Assembly: GCA_020854065.1 (NCBI GenBank)
Contig: JADZGF010000016.1
Location: 20,784 to 84,783 of the forward strand
Length of the DNA: 64,000 bases
Direction of reading: 5' to 3'
Origin: Candidatus Nomurabacteria bacterium
Lineage (GTDB): Bacteria > Patescibacteriota > Minisyncoccia > Phycocordibacterales > SBAW01
The translations under genes were made by a program, and so were the position numbers. The notes under the pieces were generated by a model, which was given only the letters and a program-made list of their open reading frames with translations, searched no databases and was not told the origin of the DNA. Of this stretch, positions 10,020-19,813 are shown piece after piece; position 1 is the first letter of the stretch; each line of letters opens with the position of its first letter.

Positions 10020-13000
10020 CCTTCTTTTCTTTTCGAACGTCGAGCGACTTGAGTCCCGCTGCTGCCATAATCTCTTTCTGATATTTCTTAGCAACCTCCG
10101 CCAACTCATGAGGGACCACCAACTCGTATACTGGACGATCGGTAATGGTGAGTTTCATCGATTTACGCCATTCTTGTATGGCACGCACGAGCTCGCGCAC
10201 TTGTCCTTCTTCTTTTAACTCTTGGGTTAGCTCAGTATCGAGCACCACTTCGCTTCCCTCTTTTATTTCCTTTACATTGAGTTCTTCTGCCAAGATTGCG
10301 CGCAAATCAGGATCTGCAGGAATGTTTGGTGCACTAAAGCTCGCAAGCGGTTGGCGCACTTTAATATTTGCACGCTCACGCAGTTCAAGTCCTGCACTCG
10401 CAAGATCACGAATAGCTTGCATGTCAGTTAACAATTGCTCGTCAATAATGCCGCTCTCAGGCCACTCCGTAAGATGTACACTTTCTGCGTCATCGGCATT
10501 TTTAACTCGACGATATAGATCGTCAGCAAAGAATGGCATCACGGGCGCCATAGCTTTCGCTACGGTTATCAATACATGTCGCAAGGTTGCAACCGCATCG
10601 GTATTTTCTTTTTCTTTAAAACGATCACGTGAACGGCGCACATACCAGTTGGAAAGGTCTTCAATAAAGTCTAGAAGTGGTCGTGTTGCATTATCAAGTT
10701 CATACGCCTCATAGCCCAGAGTGGTGTCTTTAATAAATTGATTGAGTCGAGCGAGTATCCACCGATCAAGTGGGTGGACACTGTTCGTAGCAGCTTCGGT
10801 GCCATCGGCATAGAGATCATAAAAACTACGCACGTTATCAAGGCGCATCAGTACTTTTTTACTAACTTCATCCACTCCCTGCTCTTTGAAGCGAAGGTCC
10901 TCGCCTCGAATTACTGACGATGAAAGAAGGTAGTATCGCAATGCATCGGCACCATACTTATCAACCACATCCATAGGGTCGGGATAATTGCGTAAGCGTT
11001 TACTCATCTTTTGACCATCCGAGGCCAAGACCAGACCATTTACGATTACATTTTTATACGGTGTGCGATTAAAGAGCGCCGTTCCTAACACAATAAGTGA
11101 GTAGAACCACCCACGAGTTTGATCGAGTCCTTCGGCGATAAAGTCTGCGGGATACCCTTTGGCGCCAAATCCAAAGAAACGCTTCGGATTGAACGTATCT
11201 TTAACAAATGGGTAGTGGTTACTTGCAAACGGCATTGAGCCAGATTCGAACCAACAATCAAACACATCAGGAATGCGTTTCCACTCACCATCAAGCGAGT
11301 TGCCGGTGGGCACTTCATCAATGTATGGTCGATGCAGATCAAGATCATAGTCGCGATTATGCGGAAATAGCACAAATACCAATTCTTTTGGTTCGGCATT
11401 TCTGCGCAATACAAGTTTGTCTGCACTGCGATGTGGTATGCGCGCAGCAATTAAATCCATCATCCACAATGGATATCCATGACTTACGATCAAAATATTT
11501 TTACCCACATAACGACGCTCGATGTCGAACATAAACTCCCCTACTCGTCTGCGCACTTCAAGGCGGGCGCTGTCATCCTCTTTGTCGGTCTCACAAATAC
11601 GCTCATCCACCATTAGTGCCGAGTCGGATAACCCCAGTTCATTTTGGACAATACGCGCAGTTTCTTGGGCACGCACAAAAGGCGACGTGATGACAAGATC
11701 AATGTTTTCTTTTCTGAGATCTGCTGCTGCATGCGCCGCTTGTTTGCGCCCCCTTTCCGTCAAATGATTATCTGGGTCGCCCGTTAAATCGAGAACATTC
11801 GCAACATTATTTTGCGATTCTCCGTGCCGCATCACAAAGTAGCGATTGCCACTTCGGCGCACCATTGCGAGCAATTCGTTGACCGAGCCCACCACTCGCA
11901 CCTCTTTACTCTTGCTATGGCGCCATACTGGCAGTGGTGCACCCCAATAGCGACTGCGCGATATCGCCCAGTCGGGAGCAGATTCAAGTCCATTATTAAA
12001 ACGTCCTTTGCCTACATGCTCAGGCACCCATGTAATCGTGTTGTTTTGAGCAAGGAGTTTATCTTTAAGCGCAGAGACCTTCACAAACCAAGACGTTGCT
12101 GCCCAGTTGAGAAGCGGTGTATCGCACCGCCAACAATGCGGATAGCTGTGCGTGATTTTTTCTTTCTTAAACAAAAGACCACGCTCTTCAAGGTTTGCTG
12201 CGACCTTTTCATCAGTCTCGCGCGGATTACCTTTAGGCTTAACGGCAAGACCTTCAAAATCGGTAACGGTAGAGACAAACTTCCCCTCCTCATTTACATG
12301 ATGAACGAGTGGAATTTTGTGTGCCTGCGCAAGCGCAAGGTCATCAGCGCCAAAGGCCGGTGCAATATGCACGATGCCCGTGCCACTATCTAAAGTAACA
12401 AAGTCAGCCGCATAGATTTTCCATGCATGCGTCTTGTGCTTATGGAGTTCCCCTACAAAGTAATCAAAGGGTGGCAGATATTTTTTACCTACCAACTTTT
12501 TACCCTCAAACTCTTCAACTATCTCGCCATCGGGTGCAAGCGCCTTAGCGGCAATTACCATTCCTTGCGAGGTCTTAATTTTGACATACGTTGCATCAGC
12601 TTTTACTGCTGCAGCCGCGTTCCCTGGTAGGGTCCATGGTGTCGTGGTCCAGATAAGGAGCGATGTGTCAGGATCATCAACAAGCGGGAGTTTAACGGTG
12701 ACCGCTATATCATCGATATCTTTATAACCCTGAGCCACCTCAAAGTTTGAAAGTGTCGTGCCGCAGCGTGGACACAGATGCATAGCTTTGAAGCCTTCGT
12801 ATATAAGACTTTTCTCGTACAGACTCTTAAATGCCCACCATACGCTCTCGGTGTATGGCGTATCCATGGTCTTGTAGTCGTTATCCATGTCTGCCCAACG
12901 ACCAAGACGCGGAATGATGCGCTTCCAATCTGCGACATCTTTCATGATCGAGACACGGGCTGCCTCGTTAAACTTCTCTATGCCGTACTGCTCAATATCA

Positions 13001-13356
13001 CGTTTGCTCTTAAACCCAAGTTCTTTTTCAACCAAGTTTTCAACCGGAAGTCCGTGACAGTCCCATCCCCACTGTCGCGCAACATGATATCCCTGCATGG
13101 TTCGATACCGCGGAATCGCATCTTTAATAGTCGAAGCAAGAATGTGGCCGTAGTGTGGCAAACCGTTTGCAAACGGTGGGCCGTCATAAAAAACATACTC
13201 TCCTTTGGGTGATTCTTTCTGGAGAGACTTCTCAAAAATCCCCTCATTGTTCCAAAACGTTAAAATCCCCTCTTCGCGCTCTGCGAGGGGGCCTTTGGGC
13301 TTGTGTGTTTGAGCATGATGGAGCTCCTCTCCGCCCTGTTTCGGATCATCAACCAT
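10012..13356 (-). CDS. ileS: isoleucine--tRNA ligase (IleRS2-type) with inserted histidine phosphatase domain
   Basis: DGPPFANGLPHYGH, GWDCHGLPVE, WTTTPWTLP, DWAISRSRYWG, EGLDQTRGWFY, KMSKR; internal RHGES domain. Confidence 0.96.
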   Translation of the reverse strand: MVDDPKQGGEELHHAQTHKPKGPLAEREEGILTFWNNEGIFEKSLQKESPKGEYVFYDGPPFANGLPHYGHILASTIKDAIPRYRTMQGYHVARQWGWDCHGLPVENLVEKELGFKSKRDIEQYGIEKFNEAARVSIMKDVADWKRIIPRLGRWADMDNDYKTMDTPYTESVWWAFKSLYEKSLIYEGFKAMHLCPRCGTTLSNFEVAQGYKDIDDIAVTVKLPLVDDPDTSLLIWTTTPWTLPGNAAAAVKADATYVKIKTSQGMVIAAKALAPDGEIVEEFEGKKLVGKKYLPPFDYFVGELHKHKTHAWKIYAADFVTLDSGTGIVHIAPAFGADDLALAQAHKIPLVHHVNEEGKFVSTVTDFEGLAVKPKGNPRETDEKVAANLEERGLLFKKEKITHSYPHCWRCDTPLLNWAATSWFVKVSALKDKLLAQNNTITWVPEHVGKGRFNNGLESAPDWAISRSRYWGAPLPVWRHSKSKEVRVVGSVNELLAMVRRSGNRYFVMRHGESQNNVANVLDLTGDPDNHLTERGRKQAAHAAADLRKENIDLVITSPFVRAQETARIVQNELGLSDSALMVDERICETDKEDDSARLEVRRRVGEFMFDIERRYVGKNILIVSHGYPLWMMDLIAARIPHRSADKLVLRRNAEPKELVFVLFPHNRDYDLDLHRPYIDEVPTGNSLDGEWKRIPDVFDCWFESGSMPFASNHYPFVKDTFNPKRFFGFGAKGYPADFIAEGLDQTRGWFYSLIVLGTALFNRTPYKNVIVNGLVLASDGQKMSKRLRNYPDPMDVVDKYGADALRYYLLSSSVIRGEDLRFKEQGVDEVSKKVLMRLDNVRSFYDLYADGTEAATNSVHPLDRWILARLNQFIKDTTLGYEAYELDNATRPLLDFIEDLSNWYVRRSRDRFKEKENTDAVATLRHVLITVAKAMAPVMPFFADDLYRRVKNADDAESVHLTEWPESGIIDEQLLTDMQAIRDLASAGLELRERANIKVRQPLASFSAPNIPADPDLRAILAEELNVKEIKEGSEVVLDTELTQELKEEGQVRELVRAIQEWRKSMKLTITDRPVYELVVPHELAEVAKKYQKEIMAAAGLKSLDVRKEKKDA

Positions 13357-13392
13357 ATTGAAAAACTATAACAAAATTAAGGCGATATTGCC

Positions 13393-13932
13393 TTATGGTC
13401 GTTCAGCTATAAATTGCGATACTTTTTCAAGCGCAATTTTGCGCATAGAAGTTGCGTGTTTATCATCGTCAGACATCTCGGCCCAGGTTTTTTCATACCC
13501 GTCCGGAATAAAAATCGGATCCCACCCAAAACCCATCTCACCACGAGGCGACGGAGCAATAGTGCCCTTTTTCGAGCCGCTAAACGTATGAACGCCTGTT
13601 TCATCACAGATAGCAAACATCACTTCAGCATGGGCCACTCGATTTTCTTTAACTAATTTACAAAGCCCTTCATTCCCAAGAGTCTCTAAAAACCATTTAA
13701 TAAGCGGTCCCGGTAGCGCTTTGAGTTCTTCAAAAACAAGCGAAACATCTTCCACCAACACAGGGGTCTTTACTATCTCATATGCTCGACGCGCTTTGTC
13801 TTCAACTACCTCCTTAAGATCGAGAGATTGAATTTCAATAAGATCGAGCTTTTTGTGCTCGACCGGCATATGAAAGTAGTCGCTTAAATATTTTGCCTTT
13901 CCCGCATTACCTGTAATGAAAGTTAATTTCAT
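13393..13932 (-). CDS. non-canonical purine NTP pyrophosphatase (Ham1/RdgB/ITPase)
   Basis: FITGNAGK, EIQS, VEDVSL, LPGPLIKWF, FGWDPIFIP, SMR motifs. Confidence 0.93.
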   Translation of the reverse strand: MKLTFITGNAGKAKYLSDYFHMPVEHKKLDLIEIQSLDLKEVVEDKARRAYEIVKTPVLVEDVSLVFEELKALPGPLIKWFLETLGNEGLCKLVKENRVAHAEVMFAICDETGVHTFSGSKKGTIAPSPRGEMGFGWDPIFIPDGYEKTWAEMSDDDKHATSMRKIALEKVSQFIAERP

Positions 13933-14345
13933 AACTCTTTTTTAATATTTATAAAAAAATCTTTATCCTTGTTATGCGTAAGTGGGCCTTCTACTTCTTC
14001 GACATTTACCCAACGGGCTTCTGGATTATGAACATCAACAGGCGCGAGCGTTTCCTCTTTTGTGCGAAAGAGAAACATCGTCATATTTTTTAGTTCTGTA
14101 AGATCGTCCTTTCCATCAAGACCAATCCGGTACCGCGAGTATGTGCCTAGATCTTTAACATACTCAAGATTACTGATTCCTGATTCTTCATATATCTCGC
14201 GTTTTGCCGCTGTTAACGCATCCTCTCCCTCGTCTATGTGTCCTTTTGGTAATGACCACGACCTTCCACCCTGACTCACAACCAACACTTCTCCTTGTTT
14301 GTTGAGAACTACTCCACCAGCACTGTTAGTCTTGCGAGTCTCCAT
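13929..14345 (-). CDS. NUDIX hydrolase
   Basis: Nudix box WSLPKGHIDEGEDALTAAKREIYEESG; start at METRK just after the argS stop. Confidence 0.9.
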   Translation of the reverse strand: METRKTNSAGGVVLNKQGEVLVVSQGGRSWSLPKGHIDEGEDALTAAKREIYEESGISNLEYVKDLGTYSRYRIGLDGKDDLTELKNMTMFLFRTKEETLAPVDVHNPEARWVNVEEVEGPLTHNKDKDFFINIKKEL

Positions 14346-14349
14346 TAGA

Positions 14350-15903
14350 TTACATCTCCTTGGGCACCGGAATACCCAAAACAGTGAGGCCATCGTGCAA
14401 GGTTTTGATAGTGGCGTATGCGAGCCACACGCCATAGCGCGGATTCGCCCCACCAATAACACGGTTGGCGGCATACCAGGAGTTAAATGCGCCTGCGAGC
14501 TCGGTTAAATAGGTGGTGATGTAGTGTGGTTCCATCTCACGAGCAGCACGCGCCACCACGTCAGGATAGTGAATAAGTACGCGCTCGAGTACACTGGCAT
14601 GTTCGGGTATATCATCGGTACTTGGCTCAATACCTGCCTCTTTTGCTGCCTGCACTAAAGAATGTGCGCGGGTATGTGCATATTGCAGATACGGACCAGA
14701 ATCACCTTCAAGTGAAAGAGATTTTTCTGGATCAAAGATAATATCTTTGCTACTCCCTTGTTTGAGTACCGCATACTTAATTGCACCAACTGCAATCATC
14801 TCGGCAGTTTTCTCTGCCTCCGCAAGTTCTCGACCCTGCATTTTTTCTTTTGCAGCAGCGATGAGGTCATTAAGCAATGACTCTCCGGTGATAACATTGC
14901 CGGTACGCGAGGACATTTTCCCTTCTGCAAACCGCATCATGCCGTGCGAGCGATGCGTCAGCTTACCCGAAAGCTCAGGAAATACTTTCTGTATCGCATC
15001 AAAGACCACATCGAAAAAGCCGTTTTGCTCGTTGGCGGTCACCGTGAGATAGATATCAGACGGTACTTTTTCTTTTTTCAGCTTGGCTAACCCGAGCTCT
15101 TTTGCCTCATATGTCGGCAACTTTTTCTGAGTTACAAACACACGAGTATGAGCACCGTGGTATACGAGCGCTCCTTCGCTCTCTTGGAAAAGCTCGGGAT
15201 GCGCGCTGACTATTTCAAGTCCAATGAGGCCCGATTCGCTTTCAAAAAAGTAATGGTCGAATGTGGTACCTAGTTTTTTGTAGATTTCCTCAAAATGCGC
15301 AAGTGATTCTGCCCGCCCTTGGTCATACAGTGTGTTAACGGCGACATCAGAGCGCTCATACACTTTTTTATTAATCTCGTCTATCTCATCTTTATGTGCA
15401 TCGTATTGTGCAGCACCGTACACATACGCTTCGCCCCAAGAGCTTTCTGGCTTTTGCATCTTCCCCCAGATAGCCTTTGCAACATGGGGGCCAACATCGC
15501 CTTGATAGTTAGCACGTACAACGGTAGCTCCTGACACCTCAAGAACACGAGCAATCGCCTCGCCCACCGCATTACTCATGAGGTGTCCAATATGGAATTC
15601 TTTAAACGGATTAGGGTCAGTGTACTCAGCAAGTATTTTCTTACCTGCGTACTGTGCGGGTATTTCTGCCGGTTGTGGCACCAAACTCTTACGCGACACG
15701 TGGAAGTTAATAAACTTCCCTACCACTTCTATCTTTTCAATCCCTTCAATGGAGAGTTTTGCGGCAAGTTCCTGTGCATCGAGTTTGTTCACGAGTGCAG
15801 CGTTGGTCGAATAGTCGCCATGACTTAAATCGCGTGGGCGCTCAACTACAAAGTTGGCTGCTCCTGCATCACGCAACGCCTGCTCTATCCTCTCTCGAAT
15901 CAT
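14350..15903 (-). CDS. argS: arginine--tRNA ligase (compact)
   Basis: HGDYSTN, EYTDPNPFKEFHIGH, KMSSRTGN, GPYLQYAHTR. Confidence 0.97.
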   Translation of the reverse strand: MIRERIEQALRDAGAANFVVERPRDLSHGDYSTNAALVNKLDAQELAAKLSIEGIEKIEVVGKFINFHVSRKSLVPQPAEIPAQYAGKKILAEYTDPNPFKEFHIGHLMSNAVGEAIARVLEVSGATVVRANYQGDVGPHVAKAIWGKMQKPESSWGEAYVYGAAQYDAHKDEIDEINKKVYERSDVAVNTLYDQGRAESLAHFEEIYKKLGTTFDHYFFESESGLIGLEIVSAHPELFQESEGALVYHGAHTRVFVTQKKLPTYEAKELGLAKLKKEKVPSDIYLTVTANEQNGFFDVVFDAIQKVFPELSGKLTHRSHGMMRFAEGKMSSRTGNVITGESLLNDLIAAAKEKMQGRELAEAEKTAEMIAVGAIKYAVLKQGSSKDIIFDPEKSLSLEGDSGPYLQYAHTRAHSLVQAAKEAGIEPSTDDIPEHASVLERVLIHYPDVVARAAREMEPHYITTYLTELAGAFNSWYAANRVIGGANPRYGVWLAYATIKTLHDGLTVLGIPVPKEM

Positions 15904-15920
15904 GAATTTTAGACTACCAC

Positions 15921-17015
15921 TTAGAGCGTCTTCTGGCTAAGTGGCGCTGTGACTGAAGCAGGAGTGGCGGTAAAGCCAACACGGCCAATGAGTTGACCTT
16001 GTGCGGTCTCAACCGAGCAGCGCCACTCTCCTGGGGTAAGCAGAGAGACACGGCTAAAACCGCGGTACCCACCGTCACGCCCTCCTGCTATAGGGAACGA
16101 TATACGTGACTGGGTGCGCCACTCTCGTGTACTTTCGTCATACTTCTCCCACTTGTGATAAATAGGGGCTTCGAGATTAGTCGGTGCAAAGACCGAAGAG
16201 AAACAAAATGCTTCCCTCCCCCCTGCCCCATCACCAATGGTGTAGGTACTTGCAGAGCTTCGATAGAATTCCCACCACGGCTCTCTTTCATAGAGCACCA
16301 CATAATCTCCATCTGAACGTTTCAATACCGAATGATAGACACCGATCGTTTTAAGCGAGAGCGGTACCGGCGGAATAACGTTAATGAAATACAGTAAGTT
16401 AAAACAGATAAAGATAAGCCCCACGATACCGCTCACTATCTGGAGACCTTCAAAGTCTTTGCCGCGGAACACGAGGAAAAAAAGTGCGGTAAGGAAGATG
16501 GCGATAAACACCAAGCTTGTGAGCCCCGAGAGTATAAAGGGCCACAGTCCGATCGATTTGGTGATAAACGTCGGGACCGCAATAACGCAATACGATAAAA
16601 GCAAAAAGTAATACACGCCCACATTAAACCGAAGCAGTGAGTACCGATTGCGCAGATATTCATTTCCCAAAATAAGTGCGACCAGCATCGCGAGAAACAC
16701 TGCACTTCCCGCCAAGGTACCCGAGCGCCCATAGAGCACCAACAAGTTACTTGCCAGACCACCGAAACAGAATTGCAAAATAAGGAGCATAAAGAACGGC
16801 TCCACGTCTTGTCGGCGACGTTTTTGGATGTTGAGAAGAATGATGAACGCTCCTGCAACAATGAGATAAAAGAGGAGAAGGAGATTATTAAAAACGCTAT
16901 CAGGTCGGTCAGCAATTATAAGGTCAAAGAAAAAGCCGGCAGCTAATGCGCCAAGACCGATATGGTGCTCGTAGCGCTCCCAGAATTTGAAGAGCTTGGT
17001 GGAGCGGATATCCAT
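15921..17015 (-). CDS. DUF2914-like membrane protein
   Basis: Multi-TM N-terminal part plus C-terminal FAPTNL...HKW...GGRDGGYRGFS...GEWRCSVET..GQLIGR domain. Confidence 0.8.
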   Translation of the reverse strand: MDIRSTKLFKFWERYEHHIGLGALAAGFFFDLIIADRPDSVFNNLLLLFYLIVAGAFIILLNIQKRRRQDVEPFFMLLILQFCFGGLASNLLVLYGRSGTLAGSAVFLAMLVALILGNEYLRNRYSLLRFNVGVYYFLLLSYCVIAVPTFITKSIGLWPFILSGLTSLVFIAIFLTALFFLVFRGKDFEGLQIVSGIVGLIFICFNLLYFINVIPPVPLSLKTIGVYHSVLKRSDGDYVVLYEREPWWEFYRSSASTYTIGDGAGGREAFCFSSVFAPTNLEAPIYHKWEKYDESTREWRTQSRISFPIAGGRDGGYRGFSRVSLLTPGEWRCSVETAQGQLIGRVGFTATPASVTAPLSQKTL

Positions 17016-17022
17016 ACCTCTA

Positions 17023-18282
17023 TTATACGAAGCTCTCAGGGATAGGATGTGCTACAGCAATTTCCTTCACCTCTTTTGCAATAGCCTCGAGCCGACTGAG
17101 ATCTTGTCGATATTCAAGTGCATCGAGCATGAGTGTTGCAACACGCGCACATTCTGGCTCTTTGAGACCTCGTGTAGTCATCGCAGGCGTACCAAAACGG
17201 ATACCAGAGGGATCCATGGGAGAGCGCTCATCGTCAGCGATGACATTTTTATTGAGCGTAATCCCTACCCTATCCAAAATCTCCTCAGCCTCTTTACCAC
17301 TAACACCAAATTGCGTTACATCTGCAAGAATTAAGTGATTGCTTGTACCGCCACCGATCATGCGCACCTTGCGCTCTGCAAACACTTCTTCCATCGACTT
17401 TGCGTTTTTAAGTATCTGCGCCGCATAGGTTTTAAAGTTTGGATGGAGTGCTTCGCCAAACGCAACCGCTTTCGCAGCAATCGTATGCATTAAGGGGCCA
17501 CCCTGAAGTCCTGGGAACACACTTTTATCTATTTTCTTCGCAATTTCCTCACTCTCACGCACAAGAATCAGTCCCCCACGTGGACCGCGCAATGTCTTAT
17601 GCGTCGTGCTCGTCATCACATCAAAACCAACATCGAAAGGGTTTTTATGCACGCCACCTGCGATAAGGCCAGCAATGTGTGCAATATCGGCTACCGCGTA
17701 TGCCCCCACCTCTTTAGCAATCGCAACAAACTTTTCATAGTCGAGTTCGCGGCTGTACGCGGAGAAACCAGCAAGAATAATTTTTGGTTTGTGTTCTCGT
17801 GCTAAAGCAGCCAGGGCATCGTAGTCAATTTCGCCAGTAGCACTGTCTTTCATTTTGTAGCGAACAAAGTTAAACAACTTCGCAACATGCGTAACCGGGT
17901 GCCCGTGCGTTAAGTGCCCCCCATGAGAGAGATCCATTCCGAGCACCGTGTCGCCTGGATGGAGCAGTGCAAAGTAAAGTGCAACATTGGCATCTGCACC
18001 TGAGTGCGGCTGTACATTGGCATACTGGGCATTAAAAAGTTTCTTCGCACGCTCACGTGCCAACTCCTCCACTGCGTCGGTGTACTCTTGCCCGCCGTAG
18101 TAGCGGTTGCCGGGGTAGCCTTCGGCATACTTATTCGTAAGGACGCTGGATTGTGCTTCGCGCACCGCGTGACTTACATAGTTCTCGCTTGGAATAAGCT
18201 CAAGGCCTTGGGCCTGTCGTGCCTCCTCCCCTACGAGCGTGTCGTATACCTCTTTGTCTTGTCTTTGCACAAATTCGTACAT
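17023..18282 (-). CDS. glyA: serine hydroxymethyltransferase
   Basis: LELIPSENY, NKYAEGYPGNRYYGG, TSTTHKTLRGPRGG PLP lysine, SGIRFGTPAMTTRG. Confidence 0.98.
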   Translation of the reverse strand: MYEFVQRQDKEVYDTLVGEEARQAQGLELIPSENYVSHAVREAQSSVLTNKYAEGYPGNRYYGGQEYTDAVEELARERAKKLFNAQYANVQPHSGADANVALYFALLHPGDTVLGMDLSHGGHLTHGHPVTHVAKLFNFVRYKMKDSATGEIDYDALAALAREHKPKIILAGFSAYSRELDYEKFVAIAKEVGAYAVADIAHIAGLIAGGVHKNPFDVGFDVMTSTTHKTLRGPRGGLILVRESEEIAKKIDKSVFPGLQGGPLMHTIAAKAVAFGEALHPNFKTYAAQILKNAKSMEEVFAERKVRMIGGGTSNHLILADVTQFGVSGKEAEEILDRVGITLNKNVIADDERSPMDPSGIRFGTPAMTTRGLKEPECARVATLMLDALEYRQDLSRLEAIAKEVKEIAVAHPIPESFV

Positions 18283-18328
18283 ATCAGTAGGATGGGCCAA
18301 GACTCGCACAAACACAAGGGAGATACCC

Positions 18329-19213
18329 GTGCAGAATTTCTACAGACCGCTCTCCGAACGGACACCCGATACACAATACAGGGATAACCTGCAGCAAATT
18401 CTGACGAGCGGCAGGTTCATCAAGGAGACGCAACAAGGCAAAGGCGCTCTCACCTGTTTCGGCACCACACAGAGAATGGTCTTCGATCTGCGCAACGGCT
18501 TTCCTCTTATCACAAGTCGAAAGCTGGGGTTTCGGATGCCCATTCGCGAGATAACCGCATTCATGAACGGTGTGCGTGATATCGACGAACTGAGTAATGT
18601 TTGGGGCTGCAAGTTCTGGGACGACTACAAAGGCCGGGGCAAAGAGTTCGATATGGAACCGAACGATCTTGGCCCTGGTTCCTACGGAGCTGCATTCGCG
18701 GCATATCCTATGCCTGGCGGTGGTACCTGGAACCAGTTCGAGCATGTGGTGCGGCAAGTGCGCGAATTCCCATATTTGCGGACTATCCGTGTCACACCCT
18801 GGATCCCCTTCTACACTGCGCGCGGGCATCGCAAGGTAATCGTGGCTCCGTGCCACGGCGACCTGTTTTTCCGTGTGATCGACAACGAACTGCATATGGA
18901 GATGATTCAGCGGTCCTCCGACATGGCACTTGGCGTACCCAACAATACGGTGCAGTATGCAGCACTCCTTCTCATGCTCTGCCAAGTCACCGGACGAGAT
19001 CCTGGTTTGTTCATTCACACGCTCGTCGATGCTCATATCTACGAGGACCAGGTGCCGTACATGGAGGAGCTGGTGAAGCGCACGCCGCTGCCTTTCCCGA
19101 GCATGAAGGTCGATCCAAGTGTGACCGATCTTTTCAAGTTCCGGGCGGAACATTTTACTCTCTATGAGTATGAGGCCCATCCGGCGATGCCGGACATCCC
19201 TTACTCGCCCTAG
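18329..19213 (+). CDS. thyA: thymidylate synthase (divergent)
   Basis: FDLRNGFPLIT, DLGP-SYG, catalytic APCH, QRSSD..LGVP.N, DAHIY; GTG start preceded by AAGGGAG. Confidence 0.9.
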   Translation: MQNFYRPLSERTPDTQYRDNLQQILTSGRFIKETQQGKGALTCFGTTQRMVFDLRNGFPLITSRKLGFRMPIREITAFMNGVRDIDELSNVWGCKFWDDYKGRGKEFDMEPNDLGPGSYGAAFAAYPMPGGGTWNQFEHVVRQVREFPYLRTIRVTPWIPFYTARGHRKVIVAPCHGDLFFRVIDNELHMEMIQRSSDMALGVPNNTVQYAALLLMLCQVTGRDPGLFIHTLVDAHIYEDQVPYMEELVKRTPLPFPSMKVDPSVTDLFKFRAEHFTLYEYEAHPAMPDIPYSP

Positions 19214-19229
19214 CACTTCCTACACCTTC

Positions 19230-19260
19230 GAGCCGCCCCATAAGGGCGGCTCTTGTTTTT
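19230..19260 (+). terminator. intrinsic terminator after thyA
   Basis: GAGCCGCCC-CATAA-GGGCGGCTC followed by TTGTTTTT. Confidence 0.8.
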
Positions 19261-19306
19261 ATGCACAACTTTAAGATATGGTTTCTACGGAAAAGGAGCT
19301 TCAGAT

Positions 19307-19774
19307 ATGGCAGAGAAGAAAGTCGATACCGCGAACGCCGGTATGGTCGACCGAGATGGGTATAACAAGGTGCTGGAGAATATCGCAGAAGCTGGGTACT
19401 GCCCTTTCTGCGAAGAACACTTCCTCAAAAACCATACCCAACCGATCCTCCGTAAAGGAGAACATTGGCTGGTGACGGAAAACTTCCGACCATACGAAGG
19501 AAGTACCCACCACTTCCTGGTCGTGTGTCTCACTCATATCGAGCATATCGAAGACATGACCGCAGGGATGGTGCTCGAGGTATTCGAGCACTACAACTGG
19601 TTGTGCAAGGAGTACGGACTGACCGGAGCAACCTTACTCTTCCGTTCAGGAGACACCGATATGACTGGCGCCACTGTGAGACATCTGCACTATCAGGTCA
19701 TCGTCGGCATCAAGCGTCGCAGAAATGACAGCGAGGTTATTAAAGCAGTTGTTGGCTTTAAAGCCGACCGTTAA
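19307..19774 (+). CDS. HIT-superfamily protein, HxHxQ (GalT/Ap4A-phosphorylase-like) type
   Basis: CPFC, ENFRPY..THHFL, GATVRHLHYQV; SD AAGGAG. Confidence 0.85.
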   Translation: MAEKKVDTANAGMVDRDGYNKVLENIAEAGYCPFCEEHFLKNHTQPILRKGEHWLVTENFRPYEGSTHHFLVVCLTHIEHIEDMTAGMVLEVFEHYNWLCKEYGLTGATLLFRSGDTDMTGATVRHLHYQVIVGIKRRRNDSEVIKAVVGFKADR

Positions 19775-19780
19775 TATAGG

Positions 19781-19813
19781 AATCCCCCGGCCTCGTCATG
19801 AGGTCGGGGGATT
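19781..19813. terminator. hairpin between convergent HIT and deaminase genes
   Basis: AATCCCCCGGCCTC-GTCAT-GAGGTCGGGGGATT. Confidence 0.6.

Noticed and set aside
18284-19216. 310-aa antisense ORF covering thyA
   Set aside because: It mirrors thyA codon for codon with no recognisable motifs, as expected from codon bias on the sense strand
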